The notes: a model not told the origin generated them from the letters alone. DNA of 64,000 bases from the human T2T-CHM13v2.0 reference genome, Homo sapiens (GCF_009914755.1 NC_060947.1), one strand, 5' to 3'. Positions 35,229-56,383 are shown, counted from the first letter of the stretch. Program-made: numbers and translations.

Positions 35229-35742
35229 TGACAAAGAGTCTCTCCTTGACCAAACTTTAGTCAGGCTCCTAGGAATTCACTTCCCAACTAGGCACTGACT
35301 TTTGGGCTTCCATGTCCATCTCAGCATAGCCCAATTTTAGCAAGAGGTTTGCTAAGTTGGTTTGGCCAGAACCGAACATCTGATTGGGTTCTTCATCCCC
35401 CCACAATCCCTCAGGTGATGTCTGATTGTCTAAGTTGGTTTGGCCACAGCCCAACATCTGAATGGCCTATCCCCAACATCTGATTGGATTCTTCATCCCC
35501 CCACAATCCCTCAGGTGGTGTCTAATCCCCTTCGCCTGTCTTCAGCAAGAATCCTATTGGGTCAGTTTAGCCAGAATCCCCCTTGCCCCTGATATTTCCT
35601 CTCAGTACTTCCCTATCCACTGACCCGTTTCTCTCCCCTGCTGCAAAACCCCATCACAGTGGTCCCTATTCCAATCGTGATGGTCCTGAACAACGTCTGC
35701 CTTACTGTTTAAATATACATCAGAATAATGTTTTCTTTAACA
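35229..35742. mobile_element. ERV1-type solo LTR (MER31-like) with internal duplication
   Basis: TG...CA termini (TGACAAAGAGTCTCTCCTTGACCAAACTTTAG ... TTCTTTAACA); subfamily from memory. Confidence 0.6.
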
Positions 35743-36304
35743 ATATCATTAATTAGAGTCCTGACCTGCTTTCAATCCTGGTGCCCCTATACCCTCTTGC
35801 ATCAAGATAGCCTTGAGAACTCACACATTTGAGAGCAACAACTAAAGACAGAAAGAAAAAGCAAAATGGCAGGACTCATTTATAACAAATACTATAAAAG
35901 CACCAGGGCAGTTGTCTTGGCTTAGAAACATACTAACTGGCACTCTATGCATCTGGCAATTTTTTTTTTTATCCTTGCACCTTCCTCATTCTGAGGCAGG
36001 ATACTGTGCCATGGATGACATGGATAACACTGGGCAATGGGGGAAAGAAAAAAGATGCCAGGAAAATCCTATATCTGCCATGGAAGTTCCGACCTTCACG
36101 GCAGCCACTTGATATCAACCAAGTATGAAATGCAGCCCAAACTCCTGACAGCAGAGAGTCTAAAAGAACCTCCTGGGCCCTGCCACAGACAGAGGAGTGT
36201 GGGAAGGCCCTTGGGGTCTCTTGGAGGGCCTTGCTACTGATATAAGTGCAGAACAGGAGATTTCTAAGAAAGGAAACAAAGAGCTGCTTCTCAGCTTGCT
36301 GCTG

Positions 36305-36306
<2 letters not shown>

Positions 36307-36351
<45 letters not shown>
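36307..36351 (+). repeat. A45 homopolymer with no adjacent Alu/L1 body
   Basis: Seen directly. Confidence 0.95.
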
Positions 36352-36352
<1 letters not shown>

Positions 36353-36627
36353 AGATCGGGGCCGTGAGACACAAATAATGTTTTGCACTTTTTTTCCCCT
36401 ATTCAAGGTTGTTTACTTTAGGGCGATTTAGTAATTACTTTTCTGGCAGGGTTGAGGGCCTCTTGGACCAATCCCCAAGGATGACACGGGACCTTGTGGC
36501 TTCCTACAAAGAGCCCCACCCTTGGGGCAGAGCCCAGAACCAAACTGATCTCTGGGAAGAGGAGGTAAAGCAATGGGCCAGGGTGTTTTGGTGTGGAACT
36601 GGGCAGCAAGAAAGAACAGGCACAGGA

Positions 36628-37050
<423 letters not shown>

Positions 37051-38557
37051 TGACCTGGTATAACGCTTTTGATCCAGGACACTGGAACTTTTTTATGCTG
37101 TTTTATTATATCTTATTTTAGCATTCCCCTGATACATCAGGGCTAAGCTCATAAGAACACAAATGACAGCCTTTTCTTCCAGAATGGGCAGAATTATCTT
37201 TATTTTCATTAGGAATTAGATAAATGTGGACATCCCACACTAAATGAATAAATAAAGCAAGCAAACTGATGTGCTCATTCTGGAATGAATAAATACCAGA
37301 ATGATATTGATAATATCATTGATAATTTCTCTGCTGGTATAATTTGTCCATTCTGATTAACAGATAAAATGCCATAAAATCTCGGAAAGTTTAGAAGTAT
37401 TCCATGTTAATTAATAATTTTTTCTAAAAAAAAAACCCTGAATGGTCAAGGTTTTGAATAATTTGAGGAATATGAGACACACATCTTCATATAACACCTT
37501 GAACACCATATCATAATCTGAATTTGCTCATGTCCCAAGTCTAATAACTTACACTTTGCCTGAAGGACTTTCCTTCTTGAAGGCATGCTTCAAAGGAAAG
37601 GGTTTCCTCTGCAATTTAGCTGGTATCAAAGTCAGTCTCCAAAAATGAACATGTGTGTGTAGAAAAAAGTGTGATTTCAGTGAGCTTAAATACTTAAAGT
37701 AATTTCATGTGAGTCATTACAGTACACATACGGGGCCTAGTGATATCCCAAGACCCATGTCCCACTGCTTTCACCACTGCCCTCAAGGAAGTGAGATATT
37801 CTCACAGTGCCGAGAACAGAGTTGAAGCCTATTTTGCATTTGATTTATCTATCAGCACCGAGAATCAGATCAGGAAGAAAACATGCCAATTAGAGAAACA
37901 GAAAGGAAAGAAGAAACATTAAAGTTTGTACTTTGCTTGCCCAGACATCACCACCCTTAAGCATAGTTATATCATAAACTTGGAAGGATACAAGAAACAA
38001 ACTGCATTAGAGGAATCTTTATCTTTTTGGTTAAACATTCTTCATATCTTCTGGTTCACCATGACAAGGCACAAGTACACAAATATGTATTTTGAAAAAC
38101 TATAATAGCAGTGGTATTTAACTAAGATGGTGTAAGCCTTACCCCAGTCATGGTTGAAATATGAAAATTCTAGTTCTCTTTATGAATTAAGAGCCTTATT
38201 TACTAGATCACAAGCAGGATTTTGTGGGAAAAGTGTGGCTCTGAAAGTGAGCTGCTCTTAACACTAAGCTCAGTTGTACGAAAAGGAGACACTTGACAAC
38301 TCAGGCTTTATGTTGGCAATACATTGCCTAAATGTGGGGAAAGCAGACAGAATCCCAAGAACACTGACACATCAATCAACCCAGAGGAGGGGTGGAAAAA
38401 ATGATTAGAATTGACTCAACCTTTTGCACCTTTACTAAAAGTGGGGGTTGGCACACGCAGGAAGGAAGAGAAAAATAGTGTAAAGAGAAATATCTGAGGT
38501 TAGAAAGAGGAGAAAAGCCAGGCCCAGTTAATTTTTTCTGAGGATGCCCTTGTGTCA

Positions 38558-38746
<189 letters not shown>

Positions 38747-39282
38747 TTAAACTGTCCCCATCCTCTAAAACCCAGAGAGGCTGAGAGGCCACTAAATTTA
38801 AATTTAAGGCAACAATGTCAAGAGCCAGGTCAAATGAGGATTGATCAGGAATGAGGATGAGCCCCTCAAAATATAATGTAATAAAATCAGAGGATGAAAT
38901 ACACCTCATAGAAAACAAATTTACATAATTTTTTCAGAAATTCATTTGTTTATAAAGATACCAAAAATAGAAAAAAGAAATTGTTGCTTAAATATGTTAC
39001 ACATATTTAAAGTGTTTACACATATTTTTACACATATTTGACAGAAAGAACAAAAAGCATGATATTATTGAAAAACAGCAACAATACTTAAGAAGACAAA
39101 GATGGCCTTTTTTTCCAGACAAGCACACCATGTTGTACATAGGATCAACCTGAAAGTCGGCAACCCAACTTCTGCTATTCTCTTTAGCTTGTAGCCTTTT
39201 GAATTGACATGGTCCACCTTCACCTTCCTTAATAATTTCTGGGTTACTTAGAGTGCATTTGAATCTTACCATCATGTTGGAG

Positions 39283-39544
39283 CAGGGTTTCGTAAACTCG
39301 GCAGCATTGACATTTTGGGTCAGATAATTCTCTGTTGTGGTGACCCGCATGGTGCACTCACTGTAAGATGTTTAACAGAGTCTCCGGCTTTCACCCACAA
39401 GATACTAGTAGCAACCCCACCCACCAAGAAGCTGAGGTTTTGACCCCTTCCTCTGGTTGTGGCCAACTAAAAACATCTCCAGATACTGCCAAATAAATGT
39501 CCCCTGGGCGGCAAAATTGCCCTCAGTTGAAAAATCACTGCACT
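39283..39544. mobile_element. MER20
   Basis: CAGGGTTTCGTAAACTCGGCAGCATTGACATTTTGGG ... GTTGAAAAATCACTG. Confidence 0.8.
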
Positions 39545-41355
39545 GAACCACGTTTTCTCAATGGAGGCAGTATCACCCTCATGGGTATAAAAATTGGTTC
39601 TTGTAGGTTAAAAAAAAAAAACCACTCAGATATTATGATGGTTTGTAACCCTCCAAAGTGCCACAGCACAGACAGAGATGCATAGCAGATCTGTGATATT
39701 CAAATTTCACTGGGGGAGGTAACTGAGGAAAAAGTTTTTAAAGGCTCCTCAGCAGCGGCAATAACGAAAAAAAGATTGAGAACTACTTCACTAGACAATG
39801 CCCAAATTCTCATGTTATTAATATTCCCTGACATATGCAAGTGAGGACACGATGCTTCTTAAGGTGGTACTTTTAATTAGTTACATGTTCAGAATGTGAC
39901 TTAAATCAGACTCTATTACTACAACATCGAAAAATTATAGCAAACACCAGAAAAACAAGCCAGATTCCTTAATGTAAGATTCATTGTCTCTTGAGAAATA
40001 GTATTAATAATAGTAGCAGCTGTAATGCTATGATTAATACTATTAATATAACAGCTAAAATATACTAAGTGCTTATGTGTCAGATGATACATTGATGAGA
40101 GAATTTTTCATTGCATTATTTATTACCACATTTTATCCTCACACTATGACTGTCCCCATTTAATCAGTGAGGAAACTGAGGGATACAGGTGAAATAAGTT
40201 GCCCAAGGTCACAAAGGTAGAAATGGTAGAGCCAAGATTCCAACTCAAGCTGCTCGTCTCCAGAGCCTCAGCTCTTCCTCTTATAGGATACTGCCTTTGA
40301 TTCCAAGGAGGCATATTTAAGTTCTTTTAAAATATCCAGTTGCAAATGTTATTACATAAAGAGCTCAGGGCTTCTCCCTGCCTTTATTCCTTATGTTATC
40401 TTGCAAAGAGCTTTATTATAAATTCTCAGTCTAACAGGATTATGCCAAGTAGAGCATTCTTACTTGTCCTTGAAGGATTATATTACTACACCCTGGAATG
40501 TGAAAGTTACAGTTCATTTGGCCACCTGGGTGTATGTCGTTCCACCGCCCCCCCAACCCACTATCTCCACCATTTCGTGTGTGTTACTTGAAGCTGACGG
40601 CTCCTAGAAGACGGCCACCATGCTGTCACAATGTGGTCAGGACACACACAGGCTCATCAGGCAAAATAATCCCACCATCATTTTTTAAGTTGCCAAAATT
40701 ATGTCCTTTGTCAATAACAACTCTTACTCAAGAGACTGAGAAAAATATTATGTTTCAACAGAAAGCAATTTGCACATTTTGCCATTATGTTTTAAAATAT
40801 CAATCACAAAACACCAATGTAAAAAGATAAATTGGATTTATGGAAAGCAGTGACCTGGCTTTGGATTTATAGTTATATTCATTTTTATTTTATACACAGA
40901 CTTGAAATTAGCCATAGTAAGAAACACAGCTAACTCCTATTTATGGTGAACTCCAAGAACCACCCTGGGCTTCTGACTTCTGGGCAGCTACTTAACAGCT
41001 CATCAGGGCCTCTATCAGTAGCCTGGAGAAGTAAAGAATGAGTCAGTGCTGATCATATCGAGGTCACAGGGGTCAAAATGCCAAACTGAATTTCAGGGGG
41101 TTTCTGAATCAATTTAGAATAAGAACCTGGGTTACAGAAATGATTCATGGCCATCACACCACAAGCCACAAGCCAGAAAAATTAATCTGTTTTATTACCT
41201 TATTTCAGAGGGAATTTCTTTTGATGTAATCTCTGTAAATGTCAGTTTCTACACTTATGTAATCATTATTTATACACATCTGGAAAAATGCAACGAGCTG
41301 ACACATATATATTTTTCAGTAATGGCATTATGCTGTCTGGATAGAGTCAGACAGA

Positions 41356-44270
<2,915 letters not shown>

Positions 44271-44691
44271 GCAAAATGTCAAAAGTCAACTCTCTACTCT
44301 CAATGGAAAATTATTTGGTCCCGTATATGTTTGAGGGGTGGGGGAGAAAAGGATTTATAAACTAGCATGAAAAACAAACATGATTTAATGAGGCTCTGAG
44401 CATCCAGAGCATCTACTAGGTGACCAGACAAACAGGAGCAGGAAGTAATCTCAGAGGTCACCAAATGCAAAGATTCTCAACTGTGTAGAGGGTAAACCTT
44501 TTTTCTTGCCCTAATTCTGCTACATAGAACAAAGATGGTACCATCTTATGTCTTAAGTTTAAAAGTAAGAGACTGTAAATTTTCTTCAGGTTTATATTCT
44601 CAAAGATGGATTCTTTTCCTTAATCCAACCCTTGAGATTCATGCCAGGAAACTGAAATTCTAACCTTCCCAAATTTTATAACTCTTCTTAC

Positions 44692-44930
44692 AGGCAGTAT
44701 AGCACAGTGGTTAAGAGTGTGGACTCTGTGGTATGAGTGCCTAGGTTCAAATCCTAGCTTGTCCACTTAAAGCTCTGTGACCTTGGGCAAATTACTGCTT
44801 TGTGCCTCAGTTTCCCCAACTCTAAAATTGAGATAATAGTCCTATCTCCCTTATAAGAATGTTATGAGAATTATCTTAATATATGTATGGTATCTGGAAC
44901 AATGCCTGCAACATAAGTGTTACTTATTAT
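44692..44930 (+). mobile_element. MIR
   Basis: GGCAGTATAGCACAGTGGTTAAGAG ... GTGACCTTGGGCAAATTAC ... CCTCAGTTTCCCC. Confidence 0.8.
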
Positions 44931-46186
44931 TATGACTAACACTGATAAACCCCATATTGGTTCTGCAGACCCACCTGGATCTCAGGCAGAGATACACTAG
45001 CCCAGAAATGGTGAAGCTGGCAGTGGAAGTGGAAGTGGCAGTGGCTGGCAGCAGAAGTGGCAGCCCAGGAATCTCTGCCTAACATCTATACAAAAACCCC
45101 AGACACAGGAGATGATTCTCTCAAATTTTAGTTTCTTCCCCCCAACCCCAAGGATGACTGGGAGATCTCTGTTCATTTTCTCTCCTCCAAGCTATGTACG
45201 CTCTGCAGCTGTGTCGGGCATTCTACAGTCTAGAGAATACAAACTAAAAAAGCCAGCAGAGAAAGAAAAACCATTGCCACCTTGTGGCTTTTCAGAGAAT
45301 TTTTATTCACACCTTTGCACTACCCAAGTGTCTTCTTGTTCCAGAACACGGTCACCCTCTGCAGACCTGAAACTGTGGCAAGTGGCCAGAGCACATCCAG
45401 TGATGTGCAGCACGACACCTACAGCTGAAGTGCCCTTGAAATCACCTGGCAGAGTGTCTTCACTTAACACTGAGGAAACCTGAGGCCCAAAGACATGAGG
45501 GGCTTGTCTTTAACCCAAGCCAGAGTTGGGCTGTGGGTCTCTTGAACCTTATTTCCAGTGACCTCTTTACCATAAGATGCTGGAGCTCACAAACACAATT
45601 TGGAATTCAAGCGCTCTTGAAAAAGTCAAACTCGTATCAGTGCTCCTTCTGTCCTGACACAGCTACAAAGCCACAGGCAGAGGACATCCATGAAACTGCA
45701 ACAGGTGAGGGTTACCCAGGAAATGTCACCTCTTTTGTACACTCAAGCAAGAAGAGACAGCATACAGCTTCATGCTAAAATAAAACTCTAATTGCCTCTA
45801 TTTCTGGCTGGTGAGCTTATTCTTCAGAGTCTGGATTTCATTTCAAAGGAACATGAAATACTGGACTCTGCCAGGGGCTCTTGGTCTATTTTCTCTCCCG
45901 CAGCTTTAAGACTTTTTAAATTTTTGCTCTAATGTCACTGTTCTAGCAAGATCCAGGCACTTCTCATTCTTTGTATGTTTGCACTGACAAAAATTTTTAA
46001 TGACTACATTTTTTCTCCTGGAAAACCCCATACTCCAAACTTTTACTTATTGTTTTAAAAAAAATTGTTAATCCCCCCTCACAAACAAAACCAAAGACTG
46101 TAAAAGGTTTCCATGAACTAAAGTAGCACATCCTGCACAGGTTGTTGAACATTCTCAGGAACGGTGACAACTGACATACTCAATTA

Positions 46187-46450
<264 letters not shown>

Positions 46451-46831
46451 TCATTCATGCTTCAGGGGCCAAGTTGTTTTACTCAGAAAGAAGAACCTTA
46501 AAGGCATGATTTTCTTTTATTTGATGCTGTCTTTTGCAAAACTCCCCAACACAATGAAAAAGCATTGTACTGCTTTGTACAGCACTTTTTCAGAATAATA
46601 ACACTCCTATTACTTACATGATTCTGCTAGTAACATGAAGTAAAATATAAATAAGTAAAAAATAATATAAGCTAAAACTGTGATCCCAACACAACCCAAG
46701 CACTACACAGTCAATATAAATTTAAAAAACAGGCTAGGTACGAGTATGTCAAATTTGTGGAAAACAGTTCAGCATTTCCTTAGCAAAAGGGGAAACCACA
46801 CAGAGAAGTGAAAACATAACCCAATCTACAT

Positions 46832-47197
46832 CAGGGGTGGTCAACTCTTTCTGTAACCGGCCAGATATTATAGATTTTAGGTTTTGTGGGCCAAGAGGCA
46901 AAATCAAGAATATTATGTGGGTACTTAGATCAAAGGGACGAACATTTCCACAAATGTTTACTATCAAAAATCAATAATAATAATTGAGGCCACTTTGTTG
47001 TAATACAGGTCTAATAATGAAAAGAGGGAAATTCTTTCTGGAGGGGATATTTTGCTTAACTGTTGTTTCAAAGTCAGTGTTGTCTACATCAAATAGAGTA
47101 CAAATATTCATCTGTATAAGACATTCTTAGCTCACGGGCTATGTGAAGACAGGCAGTGGCCAGATTTGGCCCAGGGGTTGTAGTTTGCTGGTACCTG
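46832..47197. mobile_element. MER58B-like MITE
   Basis: CAGGGGTGGTCAACTCTTTCTGTAA ... GCCAGATTTGGCCCAGGGGTTGTAGTTTGCTG. Confidence 0.7.
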
Positions 47198-47298
47198 ATC
47201 TGCATTAATGGATTTAAGATTAATACCATCAGTTTAATGTTTTGGAGTTCATCCTTCTAAGCTCTTTTGTTCCTTTCCCATATCACGCTCATAATTTA

Positions 47299-47618
<320 letters not shown>

Positions 47619-48585
47619 AGACTGAATCTACAGTCTTTAGTACATATCTAGCATTAATTTTTATTCACCATGGGCAAGACTGTATAACATGCGAGAGAAT
47701 GAAAACTTAGACCTACTATATCTGTTTGTACATCTTTCTATTTTGCAATTTCACAATTATTAATATATGTAATCTGAGCACTTCACTACAATTCACTAAA
47801 GAAGAGTGACATCAATAAAAGTTACATTGAAAACAAAGTTGATGTTTTCTATTAATCTGTCCTAGATATTTATACACATCTAGGTCACCCTACAGCCAGC
47901 CAGCTATGTCACTGGTCAACATTTAAGCCTCTCAAGGGATGCTGACTCAAAGAAAACTTGGGCATCAGAGAGAGACCAAGTATAATACATTTTTCTTTAT
48001 TTCATTAGGTAAGCATGGTAAGCAATATGAAAGTGAAACCTCAGGTATTTCATAGCCTTGACAAATGAGTTCCTTTTGATAGGCAGATTTCTCCCAGCAT
48101 AAAATATTTTTTATTGGAGATATCATTAAACAGCACTGTGCACTTCTCAGCTTTTTAGTACAGAAGCCAATGAGCATATTTAAGTTGACCTAGATGACAG
48201 GGTTAGCTCCAACTAATCTTCCTCTTGTCCACTGGCATATTCCTAATATGTACATAGAAGCTTATCACCGTCCTCTTCACCAAGCTCTGAATGTCTCCCT
48301 GCTGCTCTTGAGTGAAGCTCAAACTCTTTGGCACAGCACTGGAGCTTCTCTGAGGTCTCCACTCTACCTACAGTGGTGGTTCTCAAAGTGTGGTTTTCAA
48401 ACCAGCAGCAGTGGCAGCTCAGAAATGTTAGAAGAGCCCACTCCATATCCCCAGAATCAGACAGTGAGGCCCAGCAATCTGCACTTTAACAAGCCCAATG
48501 GGCAATTCTGATGTAACCTAAACGGTGAAAATTATGAGTTTAGATACAATTCTCCTTTCCAACCTCACCTTCTTTCCCCACTCCC

Positions 48586-50306
48586 TTTTTTTTTTTTTTT
48601 TTTTGCATATCATTCCTTTCTTATACTGATTTGGAAAAAAGATTTAGTACAGTTATGCTCAAAATGAGTACTGGGCCCATGTGGCATGGCCAAGTAACTA
48701 AAACGTGATTCAGAAAACAGGCAGTGAAAGACACACTTGGACGTGATCAAGAGGCACTTCACTGCCATGAAACAAGGCGGGGCAGGGATTCTAAAATACA
48801 CAGCAGGAGGCACTCCTACCCCTTACAAGTCAAGGAGCTTATGCCATATTGGTATAAGGAATGGTTTATTTTCTGATGATCACGTGGGATTATTTCAACT
48901 GCCACTAGAAACTCCACAAGGACTTTTGTTTTGTATTATTTATATACTTTTTTTTGTAAAATAAATGCAACAGAAACTTAATTCAGGATTGATCCCACTC
49001 ATCAAGTAGAGCCAGCCCCTTTGGGGTCAGGGAGGAAACTGTTTTTTTTTGTTTTTGTTTTTGTTTTTGTTTTTTTACATCACCATGCAGGTTACATTCA
49101 TCTTCCACTGGAATGACTAGAGCCCTCCAGGTAGTAGCCTGACTACAGAAGAACACAGGACTGGCTCCTGGGGGCAAACAGGCTCTCTTGCTTCTCCTCA
49201 TTGGCCATGCCTTAGCATGGTTCCTCCCTATCTCCTACTCAAGCAGGTCCTCAGTACACAAAGCCCTGGTAAAAACCCAAGTCCCTACCTCTCAACTCTT
49301 TTGGATAAGGGGAGTTTTCCCTGGGCTTGGACTGAAAATCTGTGCCCTCCCCGGAGATGCTATCTTGTCTAGATTGTGTGAAGACAGTGGGTGCAGGAGA
49401 AAAATGGCTGAAATGAAAAATGGGAGCCACTGGTACTCATCTGTAGCTACAACTTCAGATGCCTACAGATGTGGTCAGTGTGACATGTGTAGTGGGGAGG
49501 GGCAGAGGAAGGGACGGGCAGGGAAGGTGTTCCCGGCGAAAGTAGTCTGTCCGCTGGCCTTTACCTCTTTTCTTTATCCTGGGCAGCCACAGCTTCCATG
49601 GCTTTATGCACGGTCTCTTCATCCCCCAGGAACTGCATGCGCCTGATGTGCTTCAAGTTCTTGTCCAATTCATAGACAACGAGAATAGCAGTCAGCAGGT
49701 TCTGCTCTGCAGAGAGACCCTCCAGATGCTTGACAATGCCGGGGAAGCTGTTGCCATGGGCTGTAATCAGTACCCATTTCCCCTCCTTAATCTGGGGAAC
49801 TATTTCTTCATTCCAAAGGGCAGAGCTCTGGCAGAAGTGTCCTTCAGACCCTCACAAGAGGGTAGCTGATCTTCAGTGAGGGGTACATACCTGCGATCTT
49901 TACTGATGCTGCTGTAGAAGGGATGATCGGGCTCTATGAGAGGTGGTGGGACATCACAGGAGCGCCTCCAGATCTTTACCATGCTTGGCAGCAGTTTCTG
50001 CTTTACGGAGGTCGGTCAGACCACCAGAGTGCCACTCATTAAGATGCCAAGTCCTCACTACGGGCAGCCACATCAGGTCAGTGGCATCTGGCACTGTCCA
50101 GAGGGTCCAGATCGCTCTCTTCTGCACTGATGTGAAGTAGATGTTGAACTTATAGCCAGTATCTTGCAGTGCCTGTCCACCACACTTCGCCTCCTTGTGG
50201 CTCCCGGGCTCAGGGCGGTGTCCTTCCAGCCACTGAAGCAGTTCTCCAGGTTCCAGGCACTTTCACCGTGCCAGATCAGCAACAGCTGGTAGGCGGCAGT
50301 GGTGGT
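48586..50306 (-). pseudogene. Processed pseudogene of phosphoglycerate mutase 1 (PGAM1)
   Basis: Intronless; [24 protein letters not shown] and [31 protein letters not shown] in different frames; ATG replaced by ACT at 50298-50300; TAA at 49561; ~950 nt 3'UTR; poly-A at 48586-48604; candidate TSD CAACCTCACC(T/C)TCTTTC at 48560 and 50307. Confidence 0.95.
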
Positions 50307-51641
50307 CAACCTCACCCTCTTTCTGCATTACTCCATGTATCTGACATTTAAACCAGACTGCTGCCCTTCCCTAAACGAGCCAGGCATGCTAATGCTTTTC
50401 TGCCTTCCCAAACTGCTGCCTCCTGAAATTCCATTCTTCCAAGCCTAGCTAAAAGGCCACTCCCTTTGTGAAGATGGCCCTGAGCCATTCTCTTCTTGTT
50501 CACATTTCTTTCAGACCTCTTTTGTGCAATTCACCAACCTCTCTTGGAAGAAAATTAACTCTTTGTGTACCTGCCTCCCCGCAGCGGACTGTGAGCTCCA
50601 TGAAGGAGGCTGGTCTTTGCATGCTCCACAACCTAGAGCTGTGGCTTATGAAAAGAGGATGCTCAATAAATGTTTGTCAGAGTAAAAGGAAATCATCTTA
50701 GAAGACTGTACCTGTATCTAAGTTCAGAGGCAAGCTAGCATGAGATAAAATGACTGCTTTACTGAGCAGTGCCTGTTGGTTTGATTTCAGTACGACCACT
50801 GCATGGCAGTAAAGGTGGCTGCAACTCATTCTCTGTCTTAAAGGACAGAGGTGCCTTTAAGGGTCACAGTAGCCTTTTGCAACTAACTTCTCCTCCCTCT
50901 GTTCTGCAGAAATGCTCTAACTTGGGTCCATTTCTATAAAGCTGACGCTTACCACCCTCACTGCATCATCCACTCATGCCAGTTGCTCTCTCCTTACTCT
51001 ACTTCCACAGCTTTCTTTATTGTCCTTTGTCCCCTCAGTGGCTTCTCCAGACTTCTCAGCTTTACAGGGAAAAGGGGGGCATGTGGGAGACAGTGTCAAT
51101 TAAGCAGGATGATCACAGTTATTAAATTCTAGTGTTGGGTCCCTCTTGCTTACATGAGTGTATTTTATTTCTTTTGCTCCACAGAAAGTTAGAGCTGGGG
51201 GACCTCAGCTAATTAGTTCAATTTCATTATTTTACAAGGGAGGATACTGCGGCTGGGAGGTGTTGAGTGACTTGGCCAGTGGTCTTTCTCATCAGGAGCT
51301 CTTTTCCTTCTAATTCTAGAGCTGGTGCCCTTCAGGAAGCTTAAGGGTTATGAAGATCTTCTAGAAAACAATCAAGCACTTTAAACACCATATCTCCAGG
51401 TCCGTTGAGTGGTAGTGATGAAATAGAAATGCAAATATTTTAGGGGAGAATGTTCACATTTGGTAGTACGGTTTGCAAAATCAACACTAACTCAACTGAA
51501 CATGTACATCTGTCTATTTCTCACTGCAGGGGATACAAACGGACCAGAAACTTGAATGCTTGTCTTTTTATGAACCTTATCAATTACATTTTAATCATAT
51601 TCTTGTTACCTGCTGAATAAAACTCATTTTCTTTACACTTA

Positions 51642-54450
<2,809 letters not shown>

Positions 54451-54509
54451 TTAAGGTAGGCAAGCCTAGCATATCCAACTTCCTGAATATTTTTGAAACT
54501 TTCCTATTG

Positions 54510-54838
54510 CTGGGTCGGGCGCAGTGGCTCACACCTGTAATCCCAGCACTGCAGGAGGCCAAGGCAAGCAGATCGCTTGAACCCAGGAGTTTGAGACCAG
54601 CCTGGGAAACATGGTAAAACCCCATCTCTACCAAAAATACAAAAAATTAGCCGGATGTGGTGGCGTGGGCCTGTGGCCCAGCTACTAGGGAGGCTGAGGT
54701 GAGAGGATCGCTTGAGCCTGGGAGGTCGAGGCTGCAGTGAGCCATGATCACGCCTCTGCACTCCAGTCTGGGCGACAGAAGGCAACCTTTTCTCAAAAGA
54801 AAAAAAAAAAAAAAGAAAAAGAAAAAAAAGAAAAAAAA
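54510..54838 (+). mobile_element. Alu (J-type), sense
   Basis: Dimer; TSD TTTCCTATT. Confidence 0.93.
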
Positions 54839-55123
54839 GTTTCCTATTACTACTGAACACTCCTACAACCCCTCACCTCTCAACCTTTGTGTCTCCCAAC
54901 CCTGCCTTCCTTCAAAGCCAAGTACCTCAACATCCCCTCCTTGTTCCAGTTTTAAGGGTATCTCCTGCCTCCTCTAAACTCCTCCAACTACCATCTGTAG
55001 TTGGCATATAGCATTCATTCCTTCAAAGAGACTGTGAGGGCCCATCCAAATTTTTGCCATATTCCTCACTGTTTTTAGAATGAATGAACTGAATTTCAAA
55101 CTAATGCTTTATATACATATATA

Positions 55124-55418
55124 TTTTTTGAGACAAAGTGGATTATATATTATATATCCCTCAGTGGACGGCAGTGGCATGATCTCGGCTCACTGCAGCC
55201 TCTATCTCCAAGGCTCAAGTGATCCTCCCACCTCAGCCTCCTGAATAGCTGGGACTACAGATGCACACCACCACACCCAGCTAATTTTTGTATTTTTTTG
55301 TAGAGATGGGGTTTCTCCATCTTGCCCAGGCTGGTCTTGAACTCCTGAGCTCAAGGGATCCACCTGCCTTGGCCCCAAAGTGCTGGGATTATATAGGCAT
55401 GCGCCACTGTGCCTGGCC
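55124..55418 (-). mobile_element. Alu (J-type), antisense, with replaced segment near its 3' end
   Basis: Alu body resumes at GCAGTGGCATGATCTCGG after a non-Alu AT-rich patch. Confidence 0.88.
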
Positions 55419-56013
55419 TAGATTTTTTCACAGTCTAGGGCTTTAGACAAAATAGATCAAGAGTACTATTCCATTTATCCAAGCCCCGATCTTCTATATT
55501 TCTGGTTAATGGTAACCATTTTGTTGTGCGAGACAAATGACACACCTGGGACTTTGCCTACACATTTACAGATAACTGTTAAATTTTAAGGAAGTGGGGC
55601 ATTTTGTAATGCTGCATATAAAGATTTGCTACAGTATTTTGAAAGGGTGACAAAAGTACATCCTAAGTACCTGGATTATGTACAGAACTGTACTTGAATT
55701 TTCTAATGGAAAAATTCAATGTTTTTTTAAAATGAAAGAATGTGAGGAAGTAAAACCACATGTTTCACCTCACTAATACTATATGAAACTGACACCATAA
55801 AAATGTGATATTGAAAAGCAATGATTAAATAGCCCAGAAACAAAACAATGAAAAACCGTGTTCACACTCATCTGAGCAGAGGCAAAATCACCCTTTAAAG
55901 GACACATATTTTGCTTGTTATTGCTACTGTTTGCAAAATAACATAGCAATCAAGGGAAATATACAAATAAAATTTTAATAGATTCTTTGCACCTTAACAT
56001 CTACTTACAGTTA

Positions 56014-56383
<370 letters not shown>

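Noticed and set aside
40588-40622. Possible 16- or 35-nt microexon on minus (TTCTAG|...CAA|GTAACA)
   Set aside because: Weak pyrimidine tract and donor; frame-shifting or stop-containing; compatible with chance.
45018-45064. GGCAGT/GGAAGT hexamer repeats resembling ETS sites
   Set aside because: Degenerate low-complexity tract with no evidence of function.
55140-55160. Near-palindromic AT-rich patch inside an AluJ
   Set aside because: TA-rich sequence is self-complementary by composition; likely a small repair scar.
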